Assembly: GCA_002811645.1 (NCBI GenBank)
Contig: PDIP01000012.1
Coordinates: 1 to 45,077, forward strand
Reading direction: 5' to 3'
Source: Corallochytrium limacisporum Hawaii
Lineage: Eukaryota; Protista; Pluriformea
DNA: 45,077 bases
Below the pieces are notes generated by a model that was given only the letters and a program-made list of their open reading frames with translations, was not told the origin of the DNA and did not search any database. The position numbers were made by a program, and so were the translations under genes. Positions 12,055-23,950 of this stretch are shown one piece after another (the first letter of the stretch is position 1; each line of letters opens with the position of its first letter).

Positions 12055-12261
12055 NNNNNNNNNNNNNNNNNNNNNNNNNNNNNNNNNNNNNNNNNNNNNN
12101 NNNNNNNNNNNNNNNNNNNNNNNNNNNNNNNNNNNNNNNNNNNNNNNNNNNNNNNNNNNNNNNNNNNNNNNNNNNNNNNNNNNNNNNNNNNNNNNNNNNN
12201 NNNNNNNNNNNNNNNNNNNNNNNNNNNNNNNNNNNNNNNNNNNNNNNNNNNNNNNNNNNNN
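12055..12261. other. Assembly gap (N run)
   Basis: N run flanked by C-runs. Confidence 0.99.
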
Positions 12262-13228
12262 CCCCCGGGGCTTAAACCTCGCGAGCAGTGCCGAAGGCTT
12301 TGGAAGACGAAAGCCCCGGTGTTGTGCCTTTAACCCTGGCCGAAAGAAAAACTCTGGCGCGGAGGTGGAGGTGGCTCACACAAGCCCCGTCTCCGTGCCC
12401 CCTTCGCTCTCTGTGGCGCGCAGAGCGCCGCGCGTCCAAATGCGCAGAAAAAAAAAGCAAAAAAAAAAAGGGAGGGAAGCGAAGGGGCGGCGCAGCAGCA
12501 GCAGCAGCAGCGGACCTGAGACAACACACACCCCCCCCGCGCGGTGAGCCCCAGGCCGAAGAGAGAGAGAGAGAGAGAGTAAAGGCGTAACAAACGCACG
12601 GGAAAACAAAAAAAAAAAGGGAGGGAGGCAGAAAGAACAAAAGAAAAAAAGCAGCCACGGTGCAACAAAACGTCCGCACAAGTAAAACGCTTGCCCTTTT
12701 GGCCCCTGGCCTGGGTGGGAAGGATTGCCAGGGACCCCGCCGGGGGGGGGGGGCGCAGGGTGGCTTTTTTGGCGTTTGTTGAGTGGGAGGCCCTGCGTGT
12801 GCGTTCCGGCCGTTGTTCCGGGCTTCCATGGAGAGCGTACGTACACACGCACACCACAGACACACAGCCAACACACACACACACAGTGGTCCCGTGGCCG
12901 GCGACCGCCAACGGTGCCGGGGTTTAATTCTTTGTCGCAGTTCAACAATGTTATGTATTGTTGGTCACCATGGGACAAACAGTTTCGGAGAAAGGGGTGT
13001 ATGAATTGAAATAGAGACAGGCTAGCCAATAGAAAGTGAAAACGAAGGCAAGGTACATGGTTGGTATGAAAGTGAGGGTGTTAGGATCACCATTCTGTGC
13101 GGACCAACCGATACTTTAAACCAGGCAAAGGCTCCGTGACAAGGGAACCATAGTTCATCGTCACAGCCTCTTTTTTACCACTGTCGTTTTCCGTGAGTAT
13201 TTGAACTCTTTGGTTTGAATCAGTGAAG

Positions 13229-13252
13229 AATAACAGTTGGACAACTGTTATT
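13229..13252. promoter_or_regulatory. Perfect 11-bp inverted repeat upstream of CCT7
   Basis: AATAACAGTTG-GA-CAACTGTTATT, ending 48 nt before the ATG; contains two opposed CAACTG cores. The repeat is seen directly; a regulatory role is inferred. Confidence 0.4.
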
Positions 13253-13300
13253 GCTTAGTATCTGTACGAGGTAACCAGATAATCTACCTATAAATTCACA

Positions 13301-14986
13301 ATGGCGGGAGCCTTCGGCGGAGGACCGGGATTCGGTATGCCCATTATCCTACTGAAGGAGGGCACCGACACGAGCCAGGGTAAAGCGCAGCTCATCTCCA
13401 ACATTAACGCCTGCCAATCCATTCAGGACACCGTTCGCACCACTTTGGGTCCCCGCGGCATGGACAAGCTCATAGTCGACAGCAAGGGCACCGTCACTAT
13501 TTCCAATGACGGTGCCACCATTATGAAGCTGCTCGACATTGTGCACCCAGCCGCCAAGACCCTGGTTGACATTGCACAGAGCCAAGACGCTGAAGTCGGA
13601 GACGGCACCACATCGGTCGTCGTTTTGGCGGGTGAACTGCTGAAGGAAGCCAAGCCCTACATCGAGGAGGGCATCCACCCGCGTGTCATCGTGCGCGCCT
13701 ACCGTGAGGCCTGCAGTCTGGCAATGAAGACCATCAAGAGTTTGGCCATTCCAATTGACAAGAATAACCCGGATGCCATGCGTGACATCCTCGAGAAGTG
13801 CGCTGCCACTTCTCTGAACTCCAAGCTGATTGCACGCCAGAAGGGCTTTTTCTCCAAGATGGCAGTGGATGCCGTGCTCAACCTAAGCGAGGAGGACGAC
13901 TACCCACTGAAAATGATTGGTATCAAGCGCATTCAGGGGGGTGCCCTCGAGGATTCCCAACTGATTCAGGGAGTCGCGTTCAAGAAGACTTTCAGCTACG
14001 CCGGCTTTGAGATGCAACCCAAGAAGTACACAGATCCTCTGATCTGTCTGCTCAATGTTGAGCTGGAACTTAAGGCCGAGAAGGATAATGCCGAGGTGCG
14101 GGTCGACAAGGTCGATGAATACCAGAAGATTGTGAATGCCGAATGGGAGATTCTCTACGACAAGCTGCAGAAGATTTCCGATTCCGGTGCTAAGGTTGTG
14201 CTGTCCAAACTGCCCATTGGTGACGTGGCGACGCAGTGGTTCGCCGATCGTGATATTTTCTGTGCCGGTCGCGTGCCCGACGAGGATATGACTCGCACTC
14301 GCAAGGCCTGCGGCGGTGCAGTGCAAACTTCTGTGGCAAACCTAGACAAGAACATAATGGGTACCTGTGGCAACTTCGAGGAGGTGCAGATCGGTGGAGA
14401 GCGCTTCAACGTCTTCACTGGCTGCGAACAAGCCAAGAGTTGCACGATCATTCTGCGCGGTGGCGCTGAGCAGTTTATTGCCGAGACCCAGCGGTCATTG
14501 CACGATGCCATCATGATTGTGCGCCGTACTATCAAGCACCACGATATCGTGGCAGGTGGCGGCGCCATCCAGATGGAGATCAGCAAAGCTCTTCGGGACT
14601 ACAGCCGCACGGTCATGGGCAAGAAGCAACTCTTGATTGGTGCCTTCGGCAAGGCCCTGGAGGTCATTCCGAGGCAGCTCTGTGACAATGCTGGTTTTGA
14701 TGCCACCAATGTGCTGAACCGACTGCGACAGAAGCACGCGCAGGGTGGTACCTGGTTTGGTGTAGATATCAACAACGAGGGTATCGCGGACAACTACGAC
14801 GCCTGCGTTTGGGAGCCCAGTCTGGTCACCATCAACTCCATCACCGCTGCCACCGAGGCAGCCTGTCTGGTGCTGACTGTGGACGAGACTGTGAAGAACC
14901 CAAAGGCTGCCCAGAGTGAGCAGGCGGCCATGCGCGGACCGGGTGCCATGCCCGGTGGTATGCCCGGTGGTATGCCTGGCATGTAA
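13301..14986 (+). CDS. CCT7: T-complex protein 1 subunit eta (chaperonin CCT7)
   Basis: [66 protein letters not shown] are CCT-eta signatures; complete single ORF. Confidence 0.98.
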   Translation: MAGAFGGGPGFGMPIILLKEGTDTSQGKAQLISNINACQSIQDTVRTTLGPRGMDKLIVDSKGTVTISNDGATIMKLLDIVHPAAKTLVDIAQSQDAEVGDGTTSVVVLAGELLKEAKPYIEEGIHPRVIVRAYREACSLAMKTIKSLAIPIDKNNPDAMRDILEKCAATSLNSKLIARQKGFFSKMAVDAVLNLSEEDDYPLKMIGIKRIQGGALEDSQLIQGVAFKKTFSYAGFEMQPKKYTDPLICLLNVELELKAEKDNAEVRVDKVDEYQKIVNAEWEILYDKLQKISDSGAKVVLSKLPIGDVATQWFADRDIFCAGRVPDEDMTRTRKACGGAVQTSVANLDKNIMGTCGNFEEVQIGGERFNVFTGCEQAKSCTIILRGGAEQFIAETQRSLHDAIMIVRRTIKHHDIVAGGGAIQMEISKALRDYSRTVMGKKQLLIGAFGKALEVIPRQLCDNAGFDATNVLNRLRQKHAQGGTWFGVDINNEGIADNYDACVWEPSLVTINSITAATEAACLVLTVDETVKNPKAAQSEQAAMRGPGAMPGGMPGGMPGM

Positions 14987-15283
14987 AGTCCGCCAGCTGT
15001 TAAGATCCGGAGTTTTAACAATTGGGTACCTTTATGGTGCCAGATATCATGTCAGCTTTAATATCATCATGTCATTCGGTTCCATCATGTAGACCATTAG
15101 CAAGTCTCTATAGCACTCAAAAGCTCGGAGACAACCAGGCAAATACACTTGCCCAGTACGAAATCACCTGTAAATCTCCCCCAACAAAGGGATGTGTAAG
15201 ATTATATACAGTTACCTAAAATTCGGCCTTTACAAGGAAGACTCTTGAGTCACGTGTCTATGGGGTCTTGAACCACGTATCGT

Positions 15284-16963
15284 TCATTGAGGAGGCAGAA
15301 CCTTCAGTCCCTCATCGTTGAGGTATTCTCGCTCGCTCTGCGGCTTGGACTGTCCATCAGGGAGCACGACCATCAGATCCAGCGTGGCGGCAGGGGCAAG
15401 CCCGGCACCTTCTAGGGTAACCGCGCTCCACGCGTCCGCCGCGTCTTCGGCCTTTTCCTCGACCTTCCGTTGTGCCTCGCGCTCATCCGCTTCAGTGGGT
15501 AGGGTGATGCCACGGGGCGCCCTGAGCGTGACGCCACCAAGCTTCTCCGTCTCGCATAGAGCAGTCACCCACTCTCGGACTGCAGAGACCGGCTCCGTGG
15601 CTCTAAAGTTGCCTACAACCAATCGTCCGCGTGGCGGAAAACGTACGCGAATGCGCACAAATCTGTAGACTTTGCGCCGTTTGTTTAGTTCCGCCTCGCG
15701 CATAGCTCGAGTCCGCAGTTCTTTCTCCTTCTCCGCCTCTGCACGTCGCGCTTCGACCTCGGAACGAATGTCAGAGCGGTCCCGGACAAAGAATTCGGCT
15801 GGCGGGCGCCAGGCCATTGCGGACGCACCGCGGGCCTCCGGAGGGATCGTCTCTTCATGTGTCTCGCGATCCAACATGGGCTCAGGCGCCTCAGACGGGG
15901 AGAGTAGGACTCGCTCCATTTCCGCCACTGCGGCTTCTGTCGTCAATGAGCCGTCCGCAATCTTCGCCTGCAGGGCCGGCAGTGATGCTGGGTCGTGGCC
16001 CACCACTTCGCGTACCATCTCCGCATTGTAAACAAAGACTTCCTCCCCATCCAAGTCCATCATTGTGAACCCCATGGCCTGCATGATTTGCTCACTGCCG
16101 TCTACCGGTGCGACACGCTCCTGGAAGGCCTTATTGCCCTGGCGCACTTTGCAGTATTTCTCCTCGTTCGGGTTCTTCAGAATGTTGGTCGCGTACGCGA
16201 GCAGGGTCCTCAGGCACCGCTCTGCCTGGGATTCCTCCCGCTTAAGTGTCTCCTGCAGGGTCCGGAGCATGTCATTCGAAATACCCCCGCTCTCCACCGC
16301 GCCGTCCTCGCTTGCGTTGCCCGCGCCACCGTTCCAGGCTTGTGCAAAGCGCGTGTTTGGCAGACTAGTGATTGCGTAAGCACTGCCCTCCACGACATTT
16401 CCTTGCTCGACCAGCAATGACGCGTGCGTGGCCCGCGTAGTGGCCACCACTTCGGCCTCGACTCCCTTTACGCCTGTCAGAGGGCACGTAAATTGTAGAC
16501 GGGGTCCAGCCGATGAAGAGGATGTCAAGGACTGCCCTGACTGCGTCTGTTCAACCTGCATTGGGTCCTGCTGCTTTTGCGAAATGGACTTGCCTTTGTC
16601 ATCCAGTCCAGCCTCAGCCCGCATCTTGGCTGCCATGGTTTTGGTCGTGTAGCCGCCATGTTCATTAATAGTCTTAAACTTCTTTTTCTCTTCCTGTTGC
16701 TCCAGGCGGGCCAGGGCGGCCTCGCGGGCCGCGTTTTGGGCGGACGTGGCTGAGGCTGTCGGCGGGCGCGCGGGCTTTGATCCACTGCCACCGCCACTGC
16801 TGCTCCCCCCTACTTTTCCTGATCCGTAACTCTGGTTCTTTTGCTGTGATCCTTTGCCCACAGGCTGGCTCGGGGTATTGGAATCACCAAGACGGACTCC
16901 AGATCCGGCTTTCTTGAATTTGGAGTCCTGCTTGGCTTTCTTGAACATACCAAGAAAGTCCAT
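15284..16963 (-). CDS. UBXN6: UBX domain-containing protein 6 (VIM + PUB + UBX p97 cofactor)
   Basis: N-terminal KFKKAGSGVRLG, VIM-like AAREAALARLEQ, FTCPLTG, PUB (NILKNPNEEKYCKVR..NKAFQERV..MGF), LRTRAMRE and UBX (RIRVRFP..GNFRATE). Confidence 0.92.
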   Translation of the reverse strand: MDFLGMFKKAKQDSKFKKAGSGVRLGDSNTPSQPVGKGSQQKNQSYGSGKVGGSSSGGGSGSKPARPPTASATSAQNAAREAALARLEQQEEKKKFKTINEHGGYTTKTMAAKMRAEAGLDDKGKSISQKQQDPMQVEQTQSGQSLTSSSSAGPRLQFTCPLTGVKGVEAEVVATTRATHASLLVEQGNVVEGSAYAITSLPNTRFAQAWNGGAGNASEDGAVESGGISNDMLRTLQETLKREESQAERCLRTLLAYATNILKNPNEEKYCKVRQGNKAFQERVAPVDGSEQIMQAMGFTMMDLDGEEVFVYNAEMVREVVGHDPASLPALQAKIADGSLTTEAAVAEMERVLLSPSEAPEPMLDRETHEETIPPEARGASAMAWRPPAEFFVRDRSDIRSEVEARRAEAEKEKELRTRAMREAELNKRRKVYRFVRIRVRFPPRGRLVVGNFRATEPVSAVREWVTALCETEKLGGVTLRAPRGITLPTEADEREAQRKVEEKAEDAADAWSAVTLEGAGLAPAATLDLMVVLPDGQSKPQSEREYLNDEGLKVLPPQ

Positions 16964-17439
16964 GGTGTCTAGTGATTGCCGGAAATAAATGGGCCTACTA
17001 AATTTCTTTCGCTCTTTGGGTACTCTTCCTGTGCTGTCTCAGTTAACGAAGTCTACCAGACGTCAGATTCATTTGCCTCATATGTCTGCAAACTGACGAC
17101 GTTATCAGACAACCTCGGAGTTGTTGCTATCGGACTTGTTTTTCGCTGAGTGCGCACGGTGCACCACTTATTAGTTCAACTGTGGAAAAATTTATTCACT
17201 CTGATTTGTCCTGTGAATACAAGTAGGAAATTGAAAGCTGTTTCATGGTCACCGTACCCGTGCGCATTGACTGCAAGAATTTCTGCAAAACGGTCCTGCT
17301 TGCGTTGCCAATATATATCTCCTCCTTGGTCGCATATTATTTGTAGATGCAATTGACTGTACGTCAGATTGAAAGAAATTTCGCCCGCGGCATCTTCTCC
17401 GTCGCAGTGCGCAACATACACCCCTGGCGACAAAAAGCT

Positions 17440-18440
17440 ACCTCGCAACAAAACCCCTACACTCACTCACACACACACACACACACACAAGCCCCCGCCG
17501 TCCCTGAGGGCCCCCCCCCGGTGCCCCCCCCCCCCCGGGGCCTCCGCCGCTAGCGGGCCCCGATGTTTTCACCAACAAACACACACTCCCGGCCCTTTCC
17601 GGTGCGCCCCGGGGCGCCTCTCTCCGTCTCTCCCTCTCTCTCTCTCTGTGTCTCGGTTGTGGGGGGGGGGGGTTTTCCTGCGCTCACTCGCTCGCTGAGT
17701 CTGTGTCACCGCTCTCCGCGCCCTTTTTTGTTTTGACTTTTTTCTGTTTCGTTGGGGCTTTTTGTTTTCCGGCCCTGGCTTTGGAAAGCCAGGCCGCGCT
17801 CTGGGCACGCTGGGGGCGAAGGGGGGGGGGGGGGTTGAAAGGGAGAGCGACGGTGGCCAAGAGAGACAAGTGCGACGGGCGGGTCGCAGGTGCCGAGGAT
17901 GGCATAGCCCGCTGTGGGTGATTTGATCAGCGAGCGAGTGAGCGAGTGGGAGAGAGAGGCGTGAACCGGCAGGGTTCGGACCCGGACAATGGACAGTGGA
18001 AGTTCGACACGGGGATGGAAATGTGGAGTATGGGAACTTCTTGATTTGACGGCAGAAGAAGGGGACGGACATGTAGAGGACAGAAGGAAGAAGAGGCTTG
18101 GCGATGTCAACAGCCATATGTCTACACCCCCGCACACACAAACACGCTTCACCTAGATGTCCTAGTTTCCGCCCCAGAGCCCTTAGAACTTCTATATTGG
18201 GAATGGAGGGGACGTCAGATGGATAGACCAACCTCGTTCCAAAGCGGCAAAAAAAAAAAAGGTTAAAGGAACAGAGAGGGTTTGAAGGGAGGGGAGGTGG
18301 AAGAAAGGGGGAGGGGGGGGCCAAAATTGCGGTACATATTTATAGAGCCGCCCCAGTACAAGGTATTGTACAAACACGCCGGGACCCGCAGAGAACCCTG
18401 GTCGTGCCCAAGGCTTGGGTGGGAATGAAGCGGGGACCGT
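17440..18440. repeat. Low-complexity homopolymer/microsatellite island
   Basis: (CA)n, (CT)n and long C, G and A runs. Confidence 0.8.
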
Positions 18441-18519
18441 GCACATTGCCAGTCCAGGTGGGCGGGTCAGGACTGATGATGTTCCATGTCCAAATACCGT
18501 AAGTAATCCGCACATGTAG

Positions 18520-19900
18520 ACCTGGTATGCAGTTGCAAGGAACTGGGAATGAACCCCGAACTGAAATCAGGGAACATACGGTGGGGTTGAGTCTTTGGAG
18601 ACGGTTTGATCAGCGTCGACAGCGGGGCGTGCCGCTGGGGTCGCCACAGGGAAAGCCAAAAAATGGCGACCCTTCGCCTTGTCTTGTTGCGTAAGCGCGC
18701 ACAGCACTGCGTATAGAATTTGTTGGCGCCATCGACAGACCGAACTGAAAGCATTCTTCTTGCTCTGTACAGACTGAGCGTTCCAACACACGTACATGGA
18801 TACCTTATTCGTCTTTTGGATGCACTTATTTGTATCGTTGGATTCCCATACCATGCTCACATTCCAATAGGGTCTGGTTTGTTATTCGCACGAAGGAATC
18901 TGCACAGAAGGAGGGCGCCATGAATACAACTCCTCTGTTGGAGATCTACTTTAACGAAGAAGCTGTTCCTGATATCCATTATACACATATGAAGATTGAA
19001 TGGAATGAGTTGGCTCATGGGCAGCAACTAGTTCAGTGAGTACTAAAATGAACGTGTTTCCAGTGAACTGAAAATATACGGACTTTTTTAAAATCTGGCC
19101 CAGCTTGTTTACAGTGAGTGCCTTCCCGTATCATGTTTTCTTAATATGGAAATCGAGCCAGGTGGAATTTTCCTTTTTTAGGAATATTGGCTCGTGGGGG
19201 TCTCAAGACAGCTAAGCGTGATCCTCTTTTAGGAAGTTTTTTCTGCGGGCAGCATCACGGGGAGGCGACCCGGTTCGCTAGGTATAGCGGTCGGGGGTTC
19301 CCGGGAAGCTATAGATTCGACGTCCGAATTGTTCGTATGGCCATGAACCCTTCTTTCTTCTAAAAGGCCCCATAGCATTCTTTTGGGAAACCGTATGTAC
19401 GTAAACAGAGGATTAGTATGCGCGCTACATGGTGATAAACATCGTGCTACGGTTTGGACGTGCGACGAGCAAGCGTACCGGCTGATGGTCTGCTTCGTCC
19501 GTACTGTACATATTGTGATACCGCTAAACACGAAGCGCTACTCTTTGAAATCACTACTCCTGCCATATCTTGTCCAATGGTGTCCATGAGCATTGTCGAA
19601 CATGATAACAAAGTTCTTTCTGCAAAGTTTGTTGTGGTGAGAAGAAGCTTCCTCTGCTTAGGACATCTACGGAGTAGTTGCAGTTTCTCGCTTCCCGGCC
19701 AACCACATGCCTGTTGGTCTGACCAAGGTATCATGCCGACTTTTCGCCGTTTTCCCACTGATCTGCACTTTGACTATGGACGAGCATCATTCGGAGGCTC
19801 GGTCATGAGAGTACCGAACGTGTCTTGGATCAAGAGTTGGATCAAAACATGGACCCGAAATTTGATCCTCGCTAGGCAGCACCTACAAAATTCTTCGACC
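18520..19900 (+). mobile_element. Degenerate RTE-like non-LTR retrotransposon: RT motifs 1-7 and C-terminal region
   Basis: Collinear: GN(Y)GGVESLETV; QRG.RWGR..Q..TLRLVL; IEFVGAIDRPN*/ESILLALYRLSVP; WFVIRT..EGA..TPLLEIYFNE; SELK-YTD (YADD position); MEIE-QVEFSFLG; RPNCSYGHE; RRSFLCLGHLRS..LPGQ. Needs several frameshifts. Confidence 0.65.
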
Positions 19901-20299
19901 AGTTTGTAAACAAAATAAGATCCGATGAGAAAAATTTTCCTATTTGCGACACACGCCGTCCAAATAAGGAAAGTAAATCTTGGGTAATTCTCTATTTTTG
20001 TGTAGGGTGTTCCTACATTCGTTTCATGCTGTAGGAACCAACTCTTAGGGAGCGCAGCAAGGGCAATTTAAAGGCGCAACACGACCACCACCGCAAAGGG
20101 GCGGGGAGGGCGCACGCTTTGTTCTTCCAATGTTATCACTCATACCAATTTAAATAACAACCACTCATTAGGGGGTTTCGATGTTCTCGGACGTGAGGGG
20201 ATGCACAAAGTTAGTTTGAGCTTTGGGATGGCATGACCTTAAAATTGTAGACGTGAACCGCCAAGATTAATCGCAAAGGCAATACATATCCCTTATCGA

Positions 20300-20980
20300 G
20301 CCGTCATGAATAATGAACTGGATCCACATACCTCTCCCCCTCCCTTTTCCCGGGAGGGGTGTCTCCCCACTGCTGCGCGGGTGGGCAGATCGGAACATGG
20401 GATTGGACTCACTATTGCTGGGGGTACAGCTGTATGCCCATGGATTGGCCGGACATTGTACCAGTGAGCACCTTGTGGAATTTGTAGATTGACCGCAGAA
20501 AGGAGATCTGTCGCACAGAAGACACATGCTGCCAAGACGGGCCTCCTACACATTCGGGCGCTGTTGAATGATTCTCTATTGTTTGACATTGTACACTCTC
20601 TTCCAACCTCCACGAAACTGCCACGGAGGTAGATGCACCAAGATGGTCTGATAGAATGTCCAACTCTCCTAGATACAATATGGGATCTAGGTAACTGGTA
20701 GATGGTACCAGCCGTAGAATCAACCCAACCGGTAGACTTCCCATGTTGATCCCACGCCCTGAATTCTACCACTGACCATATGTTTTGGTGCAGTGCACCT
20801 GCGCGGTATGCCTGAACTGACGAGCAATCCTCTTTGGAGTTTGATGTATAGGGCAGATTGGAACAGACAAGCAAAAATCCACCACCATTGCACATCCTTC
20901 TCCGGGGCCAAAATGACTCCCGACCCCTGACACTCAAGTGACGCAGGGAACTGGGGATGACGGATGATGAAATACAATTT
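20300..20980 (-). mobile_element. Possible degenerate non-LTR RT fossil
   Basis: CQGSGVILAPE (motif 4), NLPYTSNSKED, LRLVPSTSYLDPI (motif 7-like); weak. Confidence 0.3.
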
Positions 20981-21629
20981 CCTTCCTTTTTTTACCAGCA
21001 GATGAACCGTTGCTTCATCAGTAAGATCTGTGTTGAATGACGGGGGAGTACTCCCCCTCGCTCCAGGATTATTTCTTCAACTTTTCCTGCCGAAACGGTA
21101 TCGTCCGCGCGTTAGAATTTGAGACAAATTCCGTTGTTCCTCCCCCAGACGCCACTTACCAGCGACGTTCGGTTGTTGATTCTTGTCAAAGTCGTCTTGT
21201 ACGAATGTTGGCCGGACAAACAATTGTACCAAAACCTGCGGAGTCGAAGGCCAAAGCCCGAAGTGCGACCGGATCATTCGGTGTGTCAACCTCATGCGAT
21301 CTGAAATGCCTTTGGAACTCCGAGTTTCAAAGTTTGCCATATCAACCGGCGCGGGACCCTTGCGACCACCCCTTCTCCCCTCTTCCCCCCTCCCTGCGCG
21401 GCCATGAGTAGGCGGCATTCTTTGGTTCACTAACCCATTAGTCATGAACCAGCACCAACTCACGGCGGACAGTTTCCTCATGTCCCAGCGTCTAGCACCC
21501 ATATTCATCGCTTTCGTTCTTAAAGCGCCAGAAACTATCCGTTCTCCTATTGTTGCGGATTTCAACACAGACACATCACACCAACAAACGTTCCCATGTG
21601 CTGCGGTTATATTGCCATCCCAGACCGGC

Positions 21630-23950
21630 CCCCTCCCCTTCTTCCCCCCCCTAATAAATCCATCATAGTCATCACCCGCGTTTTAATTTGGTAAGTTTCT
21701 ATCCCCTTCCCCTGCTTCCACGCCTGAGTAATTTTCCCATTCATTTTATCATCCCCCAATAATGTGCACCTTGCTTACCGAGCTTAAGCATGCCCATTAC
21801 GTGGCCACCGGGAAAACACACTCACTCACTCACTCACACACTAACGTCCGGAGCATTCCTACGGCCTTTGGGTGCGCCAACATTTGTCGCGGGATTTGTC
21901 GCGGGGTGTGCAGGTACAGGGGAAGGGAGAAGGGGAGGAGGGGAGGAGGGGGGGAAAAGGTGGGGAAGGCGTCACGACGAGGAAGGAAACATGAGGAAGG
22001 GTTGGGCCTGTTTTCGTTCTATATTTTCCAATGTTTTGGTTATTTCTGCTTTGATTGTGACTTTTCTTCCTTTGTTTTCTTTTGGTGTGTCTTTGCAAAA
22101 TCACAAAAAGAGAAAGCACAAGTGCAAAACAGAGGCAAAGAAAAAGAATGAAAAGTGAAGGAAACAGCAGTGTTTTGGGTTGACAGTATGTGTCGGTGGG
22201 GGTTTGGGGGGTTGGGTGGGTGATGCGTGGATCTTGTGTAGTACTCGTAACGTTTGGCTGCTTAAAATTCTTCTCCCTATTTAACTTCCATTCTGAGGCA
22301 GAAATGGTCCTGAAACTTCCCGGAAACTTCACGAAGAAAGTTCCAAGTGTGACGACAAAGTGGAACGAAGCCGGCGAGGAAAAGAATAAAAGAAAGAAGG
22401 GAGGTGGGAGGTGGGAGGCAAAAGGGGAAGGAAAAAAAAACAGCGAAAGGAAACCAAAGGCAAGGGTCGAGAGAAACCCCCGAGCGAGGGAGCCAAGGTG
22501 AATAAAGCTCGTTCCATTTTCTTTTTGTCCACATGCGTGCCTACAAGGAATGCATCCACAGTGTGCACTGCAACCCATTGCTTTCTCACAGGGGGGGTTA
22601 AACCCATCAGGCCGGCTTTTTTTCTTTGCTTTACTACTTACTTGCCCCTTTAAGTGCGTGTTATTGTTTTATATCCCGTGTGCGCGTTCATTTTCCCATT
22701 CAATCAAAAACTGTGACCGGGTCCGTCCACATGAGCGCATGCTGTTTACATTACTATGGGAGATCTCCCCAGTTTCAGGATAAACATGTGCATCTCTGTG
22801 CAGTTACGTGTTGTGTCCGGTGTGCGATAGATATGTGACCAAAATATACGTAAAACACGGCACATTTCACGGGGGCATGTAGCAGGTACCCCTGCGTACT
22901 TGTGTAACGTCTTCCACACACGCACTAACAAAACACAAGGGACCTTCTTCTTAGCACGCACATCCACAAACACGCACGCATCTCACACCGTCACAGTTAC
23001 ATCAACAGAAGAGATTGATAATCACAACCCGAAACGTACCAACAAGAAACTCACCATGCCCAGTGTGATTATCCACCAACCCCCATCAATCAGACAAGAG
23101 TTATTCTTCGCCCCCGGCCGTTCCTACACCCACCCCAATCTTTTCCTTTCTTTCTTTTTTTTTTTTTGTTTTGGTTATTTTATTCCCTCTTATTTCGTTC
23201 CCGCTGTGGCGTGTGGGGGGTGTTCCTGCACCCCCAACTTTTTCTCCTTTTTTTTTACCTTTCCTTGTTTCTTTACTATCATTTTTATCCCTCTTGTTTA
23301 ATATGTTGTTTGGGTGTCTTTTTTCCCCCTTTTGTTTTTGATTCATGACCACGGTTACTCTATATTTGGCCGGCCGAAGGAGGGTTCCAGTGCTTCCCAT
23401 TATTCCGGCCCCCCCTCGGGGGATCCCGGGTTTCCCACCAATGGTCACTCTGACACGCACGCGCGGTATCAAGTATGTGTGTGTGTGCGGGTGTGTGTCG
23501 CTCTCTCTTTCGTTTTGTCGGTGTGAGTGTGTGTACGTGCGCGATAGCAATTTTGTCGGGACGCCGCGACGACGACCCGTTCGTGCACGCTGTCAAACTT
23601 TTGGACCAAGTCGAGCCGCAGTACGGGTATTGGTGAATGGGGGAGCAGCGGTGCGCGCCCATGGCCCAGCACCAAAACTGCGAGGCGATGAAATTCGCGA
23701 ATTAACTTTTTAAGGAAGGAAATATTCCTTTGGTACGGAATGTAGCACCAACTGTGATTAATAACTCGCAACGGGACAAATTCGTTCAAAAACGAAAAAC
23801 ACAGAAACCGGACCAAAAAAAAAAAACGAAAAAAAAAGTTGGACCAAAAAGGATCCCGGACGGGTTTTTGGTGGTACGTCCGAGTTGGGTATTGAATTTC
23901 TATTGCTTTTCTTTCTTTATTCGTTCATCCTTGCGCACTCTGCTGGCCAC
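21630..23950. repeat. Large low-complexity island cluster with an embedded RT-like remnant (about 22230-22930, +)
   Basis: Homopolymers, (CACT)n, (GT)n; embedded RSIFFLST, DRVRPHERML ('FD.VPH.RL') and SRGHVAGTPAYLCNVF. Confidence 0.6.

Larger units (their letters stand above)
11040..12920. repeat. Low-complexity island: G/C/A/T homopolymers, (GA)n, (CA)n, (GCA)n
   Basis: Long C and G runs at 11197-11242, (GA)n at about 11850-11877 and 12560-12578, (GCA)6 at about 12492-12511, several A runs. Confidence 0.85.
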
